Shown: positions 16,908 to 25,968 of the stretch, piece by piece
Layout: each line of letters opens with the position of its first letter
Position numbering within the stretch: the first letter of the stretch is position 1
Position numbers and translations under genes: made by a program
Virus record (IMG/VR): IMGVR_UViG_3300038520_000727
Coordinates: 1-38,998 of that record
Strand: one strand, 5' to 3'
Source of the DNA: a virus
Lineage: Duplodnaviria > Caudoviricetes
DNA length: 38,998 nucleotides
The notes under the pieces: model-generated
Database searches by the model: none
What the model saw: only the letters and a program-made list of their open reading frames with translations
What the model was told of the DNA's origin: nothing

Positions 16908-17977
16908 TAACCTTGCCCCGATAATCCTCTATAAAGTCCGTAAGCTGGTAACCCAGTTCCGACAATTTGCTGTAAAGCTGTTTGAGGAGCCTGATATAAA
17001 GCTTCTCCTCCTTGGAGAGTTCCTGTTCCTCTGAGAATGTCTGACATAAACTGCTCTCTTTTATACGGATCTTTTTGTTTTTGTTGAAACTGTTGTTGTT
17101 CGTAATCAAGCCTTCTTTGCTCTTCGATTTGTTTTTCTCTAGCAATTTGTGCTTGCATTTTAAGTTGAGCTAATTCAGCGGCGGCCTCGGACTTAGCTAT
17201 ATCTCCTGCTGAAACGCCAGCCATCCTTAATTGTTCCAGTCCCTTAAGACCAAGACCTGCCCCAAATTGTCTAGAAAGCTCTGTTGCTTTTTGAGCTTCT
17301 AAAAACCTTAATTGATTTGCCAAGTTTGCCTCTTGCATTTGTTTGGCTCTTAGCTCCTCTACAGACATTTGAGCTTTTCTATCTCTTTCAAACTGTTGTT
17401 GGGCTTGTTCAAATGCTTTTTGTCTTCCAGTAGCTTCTATGTCTCCTAATTGCTGGCCTAAATTTTTTTCTCTTTGTGCTTGAAGAAGAGCTTGTCTTGC
17501 TCCGCCATATGTACCTCTTCTTGCCGAACCTAGATTTGCTCCTAATTGAGTTTGTTGAGCGTCTTCTATTGCTTTTCTTTTTTGAACATCAAGAACTCTT
17601 TGTAAGTAAGGAGTTTCATAAGCCATGGACTCACCTACGCTAAATTGCCTAGCTGGCCCTACATAAGGACTTCTAACTCTTTCCATTCTGAACTGGTAAG
17701 GATCGTATTGAGAGGCTTGTATAGCCCTGTTACCAGCCTCCTGTACCATTTGTTGAGCTCCTCTAAATCCTCCCGGAAGCTGTAAATTAGCCGCTCTTTG
17801 GCGAACTTCCATTTGTTCTACTGTAGGGTCAGCAAATACCTGACCTTGATATTGAGGAGTTGGAGTTTCAACTAAAGCCTCTGTTCTACCAAGCATCCTC
17901 TCTACATACGGTTTTGCGTATTCAGGTATTGATACTTGACTTACTTGACTCGGCTGTTTACCGCCGCCTTTACCCAT
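16907..17977 (-). CDS. putative DNA-pilot/ejection protein
   Basis: N-terminus MGKGGG, Q/A-rich coiled coil, 'GTYGGARQ' and a glycine-rich hydrophobic C-terminus. Confidence 0.6.
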   Translation of the reverse strand: MGKGGGKQPSQVSQVSIPEYAKPYVERMLGRTEALVETPTPQYQGQVFADPTVEQMEVRQRAANLQLPGGFRGAQQMVQEAGNRAIQASQYDPYQFRMERVRSPYVGPARQFSVGESMAYETPYLQRVLDVQKRKAIEDAQQTQLGANLGSARRGTYGGARQALLQAQREKNLGQQLGDIEATGRQKAFEQAQQQFERDRKAQMSVEELRAKQMQEANLANQLRFLEAQKATELSRQFGAGLGLKGLEQLRMAGVSAGDIAKSEAAAELAQLKMQAQIAREKQIEEQRRLDYEQQQFQQKQKDPYKREQFMSDILRGTGTLQGGEALYQAPQTALQQIVGTGLPAYGLYRGLSGQG

Positions 17978-17986
17978 AATAAATCC

Positions 17987-18403
17987 TTATTCTAATGGTA
18001 ATTCAAACGTATCCCATAGAAATTCATGCCCGTGACTCTTTAGAGCCTTAGCCCAACCTTTACGTCCAGTAGCTTCTAAGCCGTCACATTTCATGTCGAT
18101 TGCAAAATTCTTTAGCATAACAATCATCTCATCTTTCCATGTATCTAACTCTTTGCCTCCACAAAAAGCCATACATAAAAACTTTTTCTTAGGATAAACT
18201 AAAATATGTGTAACAACGGCACCTTTTATTTCGTTTTCGTCAAATGCGATCCAAAGGTGATGATCGTATTTGTATAACGCAAGATATAAATCTTCTATTT
18301 CATATCTTCCGTTTGTATACTCAAGGGCTTTTTTAAGATATCCCTCAACATCTTTCCAACAACTATTTATATACTCTGTCGGAACATGTGAAACTTGTAT
18401 CAT
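17987..18403 (-). CDS. GNAT-fold acyltransferase-like virion morphogenesis protein
   Basis: 'LWIAF...GAVVT...YP...LCMAFCGG...FA...CDGLEATGRKGWAKAL'. Its position among ejection genes matches T7 gp13-like genes. Confidence 0.6.
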   Translation of the reverse strand: MIQVSHVPTEYINSCWKDVEGYLKKALEYTNGRYEIEDLYLALYKYDHHLWIAFDENEIKGAVVTHILVYPKKKFLCMAFCGGKELDTWKDEMIVMLKNFAIDMKCDGLEATGRKGWAKALKSHGHEFLWDTFELPLE

Positions 18404-19353
18404 GCAGGCATTAATGCGGCAGGATTAACCTCCGGTGCTTGCATCTTTCTACCTGTCCTTTCTGTTCTAACTCTATCCATCATTCCGTGTAATCTTTTAG
18501 CTCCAGCATCGGACGAACCGTTGCCTAAACCTGATACAACATCAGCGGGTACTACAAACTCCCCATCTGACAATCTTGCTTCCATTGTACCATCAATATT
18601 AGCTCTTATCGAGTCACTCATACCATCTCCTTGACCTGATAAAAACCTTCCGCCTTGTTGCATTCTAACCTGACTTTCTAGACCGGGTATTACTCCACCT
18701 GATCTTGCCGGATAAGGTTCTAAAGCAGTAAACGCTGTAGTCTCAGGGTCATAAGAATATGGTCTAATCATAGATGGACTTCCCATGTCGTAATCCATTT
18801 CTGTTTCCAGAGCTGGAGTTAATGCTGTAAGACCAGACATTGTTAAACTTCCAGCACCTCCAGCGGCTTGTAGTGCCGCAGGGTCTCTTCCTATAGCTCC
18901 TAATCCTTCTCCCACAGAAGCTAATCTTTCAGCAGATGTACCTAAATTGCCATACTGTGTAGCCGCTTGTTTAGTAAGGTCTGCTCCTTGTAAAGCAGAG
19001 CCTTGCATGGTAGTCGTAATAGGTTTTGCCTGTATTCCTGTTCCAATATTAGGTATAGGAGCTCCTCCTGCCGCTTGTCCGGCGGCTTGATATGAATCAG
19101 CCATTGTTGCTGGCGCACCTGTAGTCACTGGCTTTAGTCCAGCTTGAGCGGCAGATGAGGCCTGTCCTGCTTGACCTAAACTCTGTGATAAATTAGCGCC
19201 TCCAAAAGCTCCAAGTCCGGCTGTCAAGCCTTTACCTATATCTTTTGTGGCTATTGCTGTTCCAACCCCTGTAGCAAGACCAGCCTGAAGGGCTGTTAAT
19301 CCTAATCCTGTCTGTAGTCCTGCTCCTAATAATGCTGGTAAAAAAGGTAACAT
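18400..19353 (-). CDS. putative internal virion protein with G/A-rich membrane-like N-terminus
   Basis: Hydrophobic G/A-rich N-half. The C-terminal 'QGG..GQGDGMSDSIRA..ARLSDGEFVVPAD' motif resembles one seen in tape-measure/ejection proteins. Confidence 0.6.
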   Translation of the reverse strand: MLPFLPALLGAGLQTGLGLTALQAGLATGVGTAIATKDIGKGLTAGLGAFGGANLSQSLGQAGQASSAAQAGLKPVTTGAPATMADSYQAAGQAAGGAPIPNIGTGIQAKPITTTMQGSALQGADLTKQAATQYGNLGTSAERLASVGEGLGAIGRDPAALQAAGGAGSLTMSGLTALTPALETEMDYDMGSPSMIRPYSYDPETTAFTALEPYPARSGGVIPGLESQVRMQQGGRFLSGQGDGMSDSIRANIDGTMEARLSDGEFVVPADVVSGLGNGSSDAGAKRLHGMMDRVRTERTGRKMQAPEVNPAALMPA

Positions 19354-19362
19354 TTTAAATCC

Positions 19363-19662
19363 TTATGTTATCGTTACTGAAACTGACCCAAGACTAAAAC
19401 TACCAGAGACACCTCTTGGATATGAGTCTTCCGGTAATAGTATCTTAACATCTCTGCCTTGTCTAAATAAACTAAAATTAGGAAGACCTGTTGGGTTTTC
19501 CGGTAAATCATTCAAGGCCAAGCCCTCTAAATCCAGAGGATTTTTTGAATCTAATTGTCTAAAATATATCTGTAGAATTTTAATAAGTTGTTCAAAATAT
19601 CTACTGTCATACTCTGCTTCGGGTAATGGTAACGGAGGGGACCGAAATGACCTCATTGCCAT
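19363..19662 (-). CDS. hypothetical virion-associated protein
   Basis: 99 aa; TAATG coupling to the nozzle gene; 'PPLPLP..EYD..YF..L'. Confidence 0.65.
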   Translation of the reverse strand: MAMRSFRSPPLPLPEAEYDSRYFEQLIKILQIYFRQLDSKNPLDLEGLALNDLPENPTGLPNFSLFRQGRDVKILLPEDSYPRGVSGSFSLGSVSVTIT

Positions 19663-21542
19663 TATCTTCTCCCGTCTGGCTTACCATCTAATCTTGGAGA
19701 GCCAAGTTTCCAGCTTGTACCCAAAGTATCTGATGTTATCTTAAATCCTATCTGCCTTGCCCTAGCTCTTAAAAATATTTGGTTAGTGTAGACACCTACA
19801 GAGGTTTCAATAACATTCTTATCATCTTCTATCCGGTACGAACTACCAGTAAAGTCTCTAGGTTTTATTGTCATTTTAACACTAGGTTCTGCCGCATTGG
19901 AACCCGTAAAGTCCAAATCCGGTAAAATTCTTTTTACTAGAGTAAATCTATCTCCATCTGATATATCGAAATCAGAACTTGTAATAAATGATGTCATAGC
20001 TGAACCATCTGCATCCATTCCTCTTTCATGGTCAAACAGAGTGTTTTCTCCTATTGCTTGCGGAAATTGCCTTAAGTTAGCGTCTATCCACGCAGAACGA
20101 TCTAATTTTCCATAAAACCATAATTTATCTTTGTAATTGTAAGTTACATACGAGTCGTTTATCTGGCTATCAGCCGAAGGGTAAAACCACCATATTTCAT
20201 TGTGAGACTCTACAGTTCCTGCGTACACATATGGCAAAGCGTCAAAATTAATATCATTAAATACATGGTCTCTTAAACTGCATGGTAATGTATCTACACG
20301 GCCATTATAAAAATAAAACTTATCTGTTCCCATCCAGAATAAAACATTACTAGCTACTGCTACACAACGAGGGCCAGCTATGGATATGTTTGTCTCTAAC
20401 TCTTGTAAACTAAATACTTCGCTGGTTCCTAAAAACTGTAAGGAATGAACAGACATATCCGTAAATACTAATGTCTCTTGTCTGGTTCTAAACGCTGTTA
20501 CAATTCTAGATCCGCTACTAACTCTTAAAAATCCTGCACTGTTTGTTATTTCTGGTTTAAAGTTTTGCGGTTCATCTTGGTTTGCAAATCTAATAAGTAA
20601 TGGGTCAAATGTTCCCGTATCCTCTGATGATGTTGCTCCTGAAAAAGGAGTGGCCCCAAATGCTAATAGATGTCTATCTGTTTGAGACACCATAATCTGC
20701 CCTACCTCGGCAGGGACATTTTTTGCTCCAGCTAACGATGTTAACCTTACTGCTCTAGTAGAAAGGGATGTCCCCGGATCTGCTAGTGCTCCTCTTTCCC
20801 AATAAAATATAGCTCCTTTACCACCAGTGTTTACATTCATAACTAAGTCATTGTCAAAGTTATCAAAGAACCAAACAGTCAATGGTAATAATATTGGTTG
20901 TAATGCACCAGAACCCCAACCTAATCTACCCCATGTACCAACTCCCCATCCATACCCATAAGTAACAGTACCGTTCCCGACTGGTATTTCGTATGTGCCT
21001 ATAGCACTAGGGCCACCATTTCCTGTATCAGAAGCATTAGCAGTAACATCAGCAGATATACTGTAGTTGTCAGCGTCTATCTCTGTAACTTCATAGTTCT
21101 GATTTAATACATCAGCAGTTATATTGCCTCCTAAAGAAGAAGCTCCAGAAAAAGTCACAAAATCACCAGTATTCGTTCCATGTGCTGTTGCTTCTACAGC
21201 TATAACAGCGGATGTGTTCGTGGCAGAAAAAGCATGAATAGACAAGGTTGCATCAGCAGAACGTAGAGGAGTTATATCATTTAAGTTAGTTCCAACCTCT
21301 ATATATGCCTTAGAGTTTGTGCCTATAGCTAAAAAATTATCGTTAAAAGAAGTCACCCAACCAAATAAAGCCCTACAAGTTCCTAATATAGAAGACGGTG
21401 AGTAAGTAATCCAACCGTTTAATTTTTCAGGATACCCGTTTAAAAATCGAACTTTGTCACACTCAAACCAACCACCTTCGTTAGAGTAATTGGTTACATC
21501 TCTATTTATACCGGGTTTAAACTGTAGTTTTTGTAGAGCCAT
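19662..21542 (-). CDS. tail nozzle / packaged-DNA stabilisation protein (P22 gp10 / T7 gp12-like)
   Basis: 626 aa, beta-rich: 'KPGINR..T.Y..EGGW..CDKVRF', 'IRFANQ', 'EIWWFYPS', 'RARARQ'. Position in the tail module. Confidence 0.65.
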   Translation of the reverse strand: MALQKLQFKPGINRDVTNYSNEGGWFECDKVRFLNGYPEKLNGWITYSPSSILGTCRALFGWVTSFNDNFLAIGTNSKAYIEVGTNLNDITPLRSADATLSIHAFSATNTSAVIAVEATAHGTNTGDFVTFSGASSLGGNITADVLNQNYEVTEIDADNYSISADVTANASDTGNGGPSAIGTYEIPVGNGTVTYGYGWGVGTWGRLGWGSGALQPILLPLTVWFFDNFDNDLVMNVNTGGKGAIFYWERGALADPGTSLSTRAVRLTSLAGAKNVPAEVGQIMVSQTDRHLLAFGATPFSGATSSEDTGTFDPLLIRFANQDEPQNFKPEITNSAGFLRVSSGSRIVTAFRTRQETLVFTDMSVHSLQFLGTSEVFSLQELETNISIAGPRCVAVASNVLFWMGTDKFYFYNGRVDTLPCSLRDHVFNDINFDALPYVYAGTVESHNEIWWFYPSADSQINDSYVTYNYKDKLWFYGKLDRSAWIDANLRQFPQAIGENTLFDHERGMDADGSAMTSFITSSDFDISDGDRFTLVKRILPDLDFTGSNAAEPSVKMTIKPRDFTGSSYRIEDDKNVIETSVGVYTNQIFLRARARQIGFKITSDTLGTSWKLGSPRLDGKPDGRR

Positions 21543-21543
21543 A

Positions 21544-21927
21544 TTAATAAGACCAGATTGTTGGCCTTGGTCTTTCTGGTGAATTTTTTAATGTATCTAA
21601 ATGAATAAATCTTCCTGAACCTTTTTGCTGGATACCTATACCCGTAAAACCTTTCGTCAAAGCAAGAGACAACAAATCAAAAGCATCTTCTCTTGATACA
21701 GCTATATCTGCGGCTTGACCAGTTGTGTGAGCTCCCGGAGTTTTTTTCTTTCTTTCTATAGGGTGACTTGTATGTCTGTAACCTGATGTAATTTTCATAG
21801 GCTTGCCAAAAGCTAATCTCAAATCGTTGAGTTTTTCTATAAACTCTGGGTTCATATCACATTGACCTGTATGGCTACATTTAAATTCATATTGTGAAAA
21901 ATAAGTGCTTGTGTTCCAATCCATCAT
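21544..21927 (-). CDS. peptidase M15A family endolysin
   Basis: YFSQYEFKC, ITSGYR, 'GAHTTGQAADI' and 'FIHLD' (Zn ligands H, D, H). Confidence 0.88.
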   Translation of the reverse strand: MMDWNTSTYFSQYEFKCSHTGQCDMNPEFIEKLNDLRLAFGKPMKITSGYRHTSHPIERKKKTPGAHTTGQAADIAVSREDAFDLLSLALTKGFTGIGIQQKGSGRFIHLDTLKNSPERPRPTIWSY

Positions 21928-22049
21928 TTTTTACCTTTTGTTTTTTTTAAAGTTTTTTTAACTCTATCTGCTTGAGCTTGATGAGTCCTAGATGCTTTTT
22001 CTAGTTCTCTTATTAGTCTTCTTTTTTGTGCTTCAGTAAAATCTGCCAT
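21924..22049 (-). CDS. 41-aa basic hypothetical protein (not in ORF track)
   Basis: MADFTEAQKRRLIRELEKASRTHQAQADRVKKTLKKTKGKK; fills the gap and has an ATGA overlap with the endolysin. Confidence 0.6.
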   Translation of the reverse strand: MADFTEAQKRRLIRELEKASRTHQAQADRVKKTLKKTKGKK

Positions 22050-22053
22050 GTTT

Positions 22054-22509
22054 TTATCCTTTTATATTAGGCTCTTTTTTCATTAATCCTCTAATTTCTT
22101 CTGTTTTATCTTTACTACCTACCGAACTCCCAAAATAGTATGAGCATACTAGACCTACTAAAGTTGTTAAATTACCTAGTAAAAAAATTAAAATATCTTT
22201 GTTTGCAGGCGTTACCTCAAGAAATAATATGACAGCAAACAGAGCAAATGCTAGTCCTACAATACCAAGGGCGAGTAAACTGGTGATAATTTTATTCAAC
22301 CAAGGGCTATGTTCACTGGTAGAGATAGCCATTTCACGTTTTCTAGCGCTATCTTTATCAGCAAATTCAGCTTCCATGCGTTTAAGACTTCCGTCCATGT
22401 CCATCTTTTTTAACTCTTTTAAAGCTTTTTGTTTAGCTTGCGGATCGGGAATGAGCTTGTCTACAAGCTTTTCTCCTATTGGTAATAACCCTGATATTAA
22501 ATTAAGCAC
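22054..22509 (-). CDS. putative holin
   Basis: Amphipathic N-terminus 'LVDKLIPDP', 'DKDSARKRE', two transmembrane segments and 'YYFGSS'; next to the endolysin. Confidence 0.7.
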   Translation of the reverse strand: MLNLISGLLPIGEKLVDKLIPDPQAKQKALKELKKMDMDGSLKRMEAEFADKDSARKREMAISTSEHSPWLNKIITSLLALGIVGLAFALFAVILFLEVTPANKDILIFLLGNLTTLVGLVCSYYFGSSVGSKDKTEEIRGLMKKEPNIKG

Positions 22510-22708
22510 TCGTCTTTTCCTTTTCTACTTTATAAAATAACTTTTCTATTTTACAGCCTTTATCTGTTTTTGGTTCAAACCAATTGAACCCTCTTTTTGT
22601 ATTAGCACACCAATAGGTGCATAAACTTCTTTCAACCCACTGTAACCTACAATAGTATTGATCTACATGTGGAACTAAGGTAGCTACCCAAAAGGCTACG
22701 CTAATCAT
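22502..22708 (-). CDS. small Cys-rich hypothetical protein
   Basis: 68 aa, hydrophobic N-terminus, four Cys. Confidence 0.55.
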   Translation of the reverse strand: MISVAFWVATLVPHVDQYYCRLQWVERSLCTYWCANTKRGFNWFEPKTDKGCKIEKLFYKVEKEKTSA

Positions 22709-22864
22709 TTACTTACACACTTTATAGTTTTTTGCTTTATTATTTGCCTCACTCATAACTTTAATTATTTCTTTCCTTGTGACTATTATATTAGGGTCAG
22801 GAACTTGTTTAAACTTTATATACTCGCCATGATGCGACCAGCTTGTCCTTGTATATTTCTTCAC
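22709..22864 (-). CDS. 51-aa hypothetical protein (not in ORF track)
   Basis: GTG start overlaps the upstream TGA (GTGA); MKKYTRTSWSHHGEYIKFKQVPDPNII...YKVCK; its stop abuts the next ATG. Confidence 0.5.
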   Translation of the reverse strand: MKKYTRTSWSHHGEYIKFKQVPDPNIIVTRKEIIKVMSEANNKAKNYKVCK

Positions 22865-23379
22865 TTACTTGCCTCTATAATTGCTGTCCATAAAAAATGT
22901 GATAGCCATAATAAAATTAATACAAGGGTTCCAATCGCCACACCCATCTTTGTGTTATATAAGAAAGCTTTCCGCCTTCGCATCTGATTATATATTTGGG
23001 CTTTGCGTTTGGCTTTAATGTCACGGCGTATCTTAATAAAGGCTCTGTAGCCATAAGGCCCATCCATGCCAAGATGGTGAAGTTTTCCCCATGTAAACTC
23101 ATGCTTGATTGCGTCTTCCATCTCTTTAATTTTCTTTTTTGCAATAAGTTCATCAAATGCTTCTGCCGTTTCGCTTTTGTCCCATGTTAACTTTTGCCAC
23201 AATGTAGGACGTTTAAACTTTCTTTCTTGCCCCATCCATTCTTGTAAATCAGATACATGACCACTCCAAGTAGATAGTTGTTTAAAAATATCTTCTAGGT
23301 CTCTTCCTACCTGAATAGCTTTTTTGACACCATTGAAAGCTAAATTTGCGGCGCTCAATGCAGTGATTGGATCTATCAT
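22861..23379 (-). CDS. membrane-anchored hypothetical protein
   Basis: N-terminus MIDPITALSAA, coiled coil and a C-terminal transmembrane helix. Confidence 0.7.
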   Translation of the reverse strand: MIDPITALSAANLAFNGVKKAIQVGRDLEDIFKQLSTWSGHVSDLQEWMGQERKFKRPTLWQKLTWDKSETAEAFDELIAKKKIKEMEDAIKHEFTWGKLHHLGMDGPYGYRAFIKIRRDIKAKRKAQIYNQMRRRKAFLYNTKMGVAIGTLVLILLWLSHFLWTAIIEASK

Positions 23380-23407
23380 CTATCATTCACTCTATTCCCC
23401 ACCTTAT

Positions 23408-23863
23408 TTATACCCCACTAGCAGAACTTCCATCCAAACTAACACTAGGCCAATCACTCCACGTTCTTGGATCTGCGCTACCTATAGTAGCAGGAACATT
23501 TCTTAACTCAGTTCTATAAACAGCGTAAGCAGATTTATTCGCTGTGCTATCGGAAATTTGTGTCCAGTCCGTACTATTTAATAACTCATTACGTTTTTTA
23601 CGAATTTGGGCTAGACTACTAACTTTGTTTGCAGTTATCTCATCTGCACTTAAATTGACTACTTCTACTGTAGTTACGAAATCACCATCAACGAAAGGAG
23701 TTGTTCCTTGTAGTTTTTGCGTAAGATTATTATGTGGTAAAAACTTATTGACCTTTTTAAAACCTCTTCTAGCAAGTGTTTCATCACTAGGCACGTTTTT
23801 AAACCAATGTCTATAATGATCGATTTTTACAATCGTGTTTCCTTTAATTTCTGCTATATACAT
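23408..23863 (-). CDS. tail fibre assembly chaperone-like protein
   Basis: C-terminal 'IRKKRNELLNSTDWTQISD...YRTELRNVP...WP'; directly follows the tail fibre gene. Confidence 0.75.
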   Translation of the reverse strand: MYIAEIKGNTIVKIDHYRHWFKNVPSDETLARRGFKKVNKFLPHNNLTQKLQGTTPFVDGDFVTTVEVVNLSADEITANKVSSLAQIRKKRNELLNSTDWTQISDSTANKSAYAVYRTELRNVPATIGSADPRTWSDWPSVSLDGSSASGV

Positions 23864-23870
23864 TTTATCT

Positions 23871-23892
23871 CCTATCTGTTACCTATCTGTTA
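23871..23892. repeat. 11-bp perfect tandem duplication
   Basis: CCTATCTGTTA occurs twice in tandem, spanning the tail fibre stop codon and the next gene's RBS. Confidence 0.85.
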
Positions 23893-25967
23893 GCAAATGC
23901 TTTTGTTGGCGGAGTAAACCCACTATCTGAATCATACCTTGCAATGCCCTTGGTTATTCTTATTTCGTCGAGGAACCCATGTAATTTTCTTGAGTTACCT
24001 CCTGTTCTACCAAGGTTTGCAAAATAAAAATCATTTTCTGGGAAATTTTGAGTAAATCCTGTGTCACTACCTAACATTGTACCGTCAATAAATAATCTTA
24101 ATTTATTACTACTGTCTCTAGTCATTGCAACGTGATAAAAAACTCCGTTTGATAAGGTTTGTGATTGTTGAATATCTGGAGTAGGTTCTGTGCCAACTTG
24201 CCATTGAGCATTGTATCTTTGTATAACCATGTTGTCGTCGGTTGCGGCGACTGAACGAACCAATGATGCTCTACCATTATTAGTATCATCACCTGAAGAA
24301 TTAACATGGTCAATGAAACGAACAAAAAGTTCTACTGTAAATGGTCCAGTTCCTAATCCTAACCCCATACCACTGTCATACGCCAAAGCATCACCACTTG
24401 GAAACTTTACACTTGCTGTACCAAATTTTTTAACGGATGTGTCTAACTGTGCGTCGCCTACAGTTTCAATATTGTTTACCATTGTTTGATCAATTATCGA
24501 TGCGTTAGTAAAATTTAAAAGTAACACCGTTCCTGTTTCAGCAGTAACAGGGGTTGTTGGTACTGTTACAGATGTAACACCTGTTCCTTTTCTTACACGA
24601 GCATCTGCTATATACCCAGTAAGTGCATTAGCACTTCCACCAGTATGCTGATTTCCAACAGCTACTTTTCCTGAAGCGATTAAAGTTGTTGTGTTACTTA
24701 CAGACCCCACTTCAACTCCATCTTGAAAAAATTTAATAGTACCACTTACTCTTGATACAACTAAATGACACCAAGCATTTTTAGGAACATCTGTTGAAGT
24801 TGCAAAATTTATCGAGGCAGTATAATAAATAGCAAGTTTATTTCCCCCTGTTATATAGACATAAGGAACTTCAGTATCTCCTGTACTATTTCTTCCAAAC
24901 AATGTTTGTTGTACATCGCCCACTGTTCGATAAACCCAACATGAAAATTCAAAGTCTCCTGTACCATAAGTAAACTCAGACCCAGTTTCTGTTGCGAAGA
25001 CAACATCACCATCACCATCAAAGTAACCACTGCCACCATGAACCACTTTTGAATAACTTGCTGTTGGTGCGAATGGACTAAAAGGAACTACTTTAGGCCC
25101 AGTTGTATTAGCACCTTGTGTCTGTGGGACTGCTGTAAAACCATTATTACTGTTGTCAATGAAACGATTTGATTGACAACATAATAACTTTACGTTACCG
25201 CCTGTCGTACCTTGTGATGTTAATGTTAATGCTTCACTAGGAATAGTGAAACAAGTAGTTCCTGTAGCAGTTTCCGATGTGTCGTAAGTAGAAGGCATTG
25301 AACCAGAAACAAAACGAACATTGCTTATTACTCCGTCAGTATGATGGGCATTGTTGTTTTGTGAACCAATATGAATATCGTTTAATACCTGATTGTCCGT
25401 AATACTCGTTTTATATGCTTTTAAAACACCGTCGATAAAACCTCTTACGTTATTACTACTATCTCTTGTGATGCAAAAATGATGCCATTGGTTAGCGCTA
25501 ATACCGGAAGCAACCAAAAATGTGGGTGTGCCAGAACCTTCCATATTAAGACCGAATTCATCCGAACTGTTTACATATATTTGTATTCTGTCAACTGTAT
25601 CACTACTGAACATAATGTTCGTTTGCCCTAGAACGGTTTTATAAAAAAACAACTCAACACAAAACGAACCAGTATTTGTAAAATTTAACCCTGTAAATTC
25701 TAAATCATCACCTACGACATTTTCAGTTTGCTGAAATCTAACACTATACTGTCCGTCACCTAAATACGGATTAAACGTACCTTGTGTTGCATTAGCACCT
25801 CTAGTTATAGTGTGATTTTCAGAGGAACTATCTAAAAATGTGTTGTTCGTTCCACCATTGGTTCCATCGGCATGCAGTAATAAAACAGTTTGATTAAAAT
25901 TAGGGTCTGTTTCTTCTGTGTCTACCGCTCCAGAAATACCTAACAAATTTTGGTGTGGTGCTGTCAT
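23883..25967 (-). CDS. tail fibre / receptor-binding protein with three LamG (concanavalin A-like) domains
   Basis: Three repeats of F(C/E/T)x(E/S)x(F/W)...(W/F)xH(F/L/V)xx(T/S)R...FxDG...GxIxxxR. Confidence 0.8.
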   Translation of the reverse strand: MTAPHQNLLGISGAVDTEETDPNFNQTVLLLHADGTNGGTNNTFLDSSSENHTITRGANATQGTFNPYLGDGQYSVRFQQTENVVGDDLEFTGLNFTNTGSFCVELFFYKTVLGQTNIMFSSDTVDRIQIYVNSSDEFGLNMEGSGTPTFLVASGISANQWHHFCITRDSSNNVRGFIDGVLKAYKTSITDNQVLNDIHIGSQNNNAHHTDGVISNVRFVSGSMPSTYDTSETATGTTCFTIPSEALTLTSQGTTGGNVKLLCCQSNRFIDNSNNGFTAVPQTQGANTTGPKVVPFSPFAPTASYSKVVHGGSGYFDGDGDVVFATETGSEFTYGTGDFEFSCWVYRTVGDVQQTLFGRNSTGDTEVPYVYITGGNKLAIYYTASINFATSTDVPKNAWCHLVVSRVSGTIKFFQDGVEVGSVSNTTTLIASGKVAVGNQHTGGSANALTGYIADARVRKGTGVTSVTVPTTPVTAETGTVLLLNFTNASIIDQTMVNNIETVGDAQLDTSVKKFGTASVKFPSGDALAYDSGMGLGLGTGPFTVELFVRFIDHVNSSGDDTNNGRASLVRSVAATDDNMVIQRYNAQWQVGTEPTPDIQQSQTLSNGVFYHVAMTRDSSNKLRLFIDGTMLGSDTGFTQNFPENDFYFANLGRTGGNSRKLHGFLDEIRITKGIARYDSDSGFTPPTKAFANR

Positions 25968-25968
25968 A

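Noticed and set aside
16876-17145. Alternative-frame - strand ORF of 89 aa
   Set aside because: It is nested in the 356-aa ejection gene and is a by-product of the Q-rich codons there; no RBS.
23883-25967. Diversity-generating retroelement target
   Set aside because: No reverse transcriptase and no near-identical template/variable repeat pair were seen in the window.
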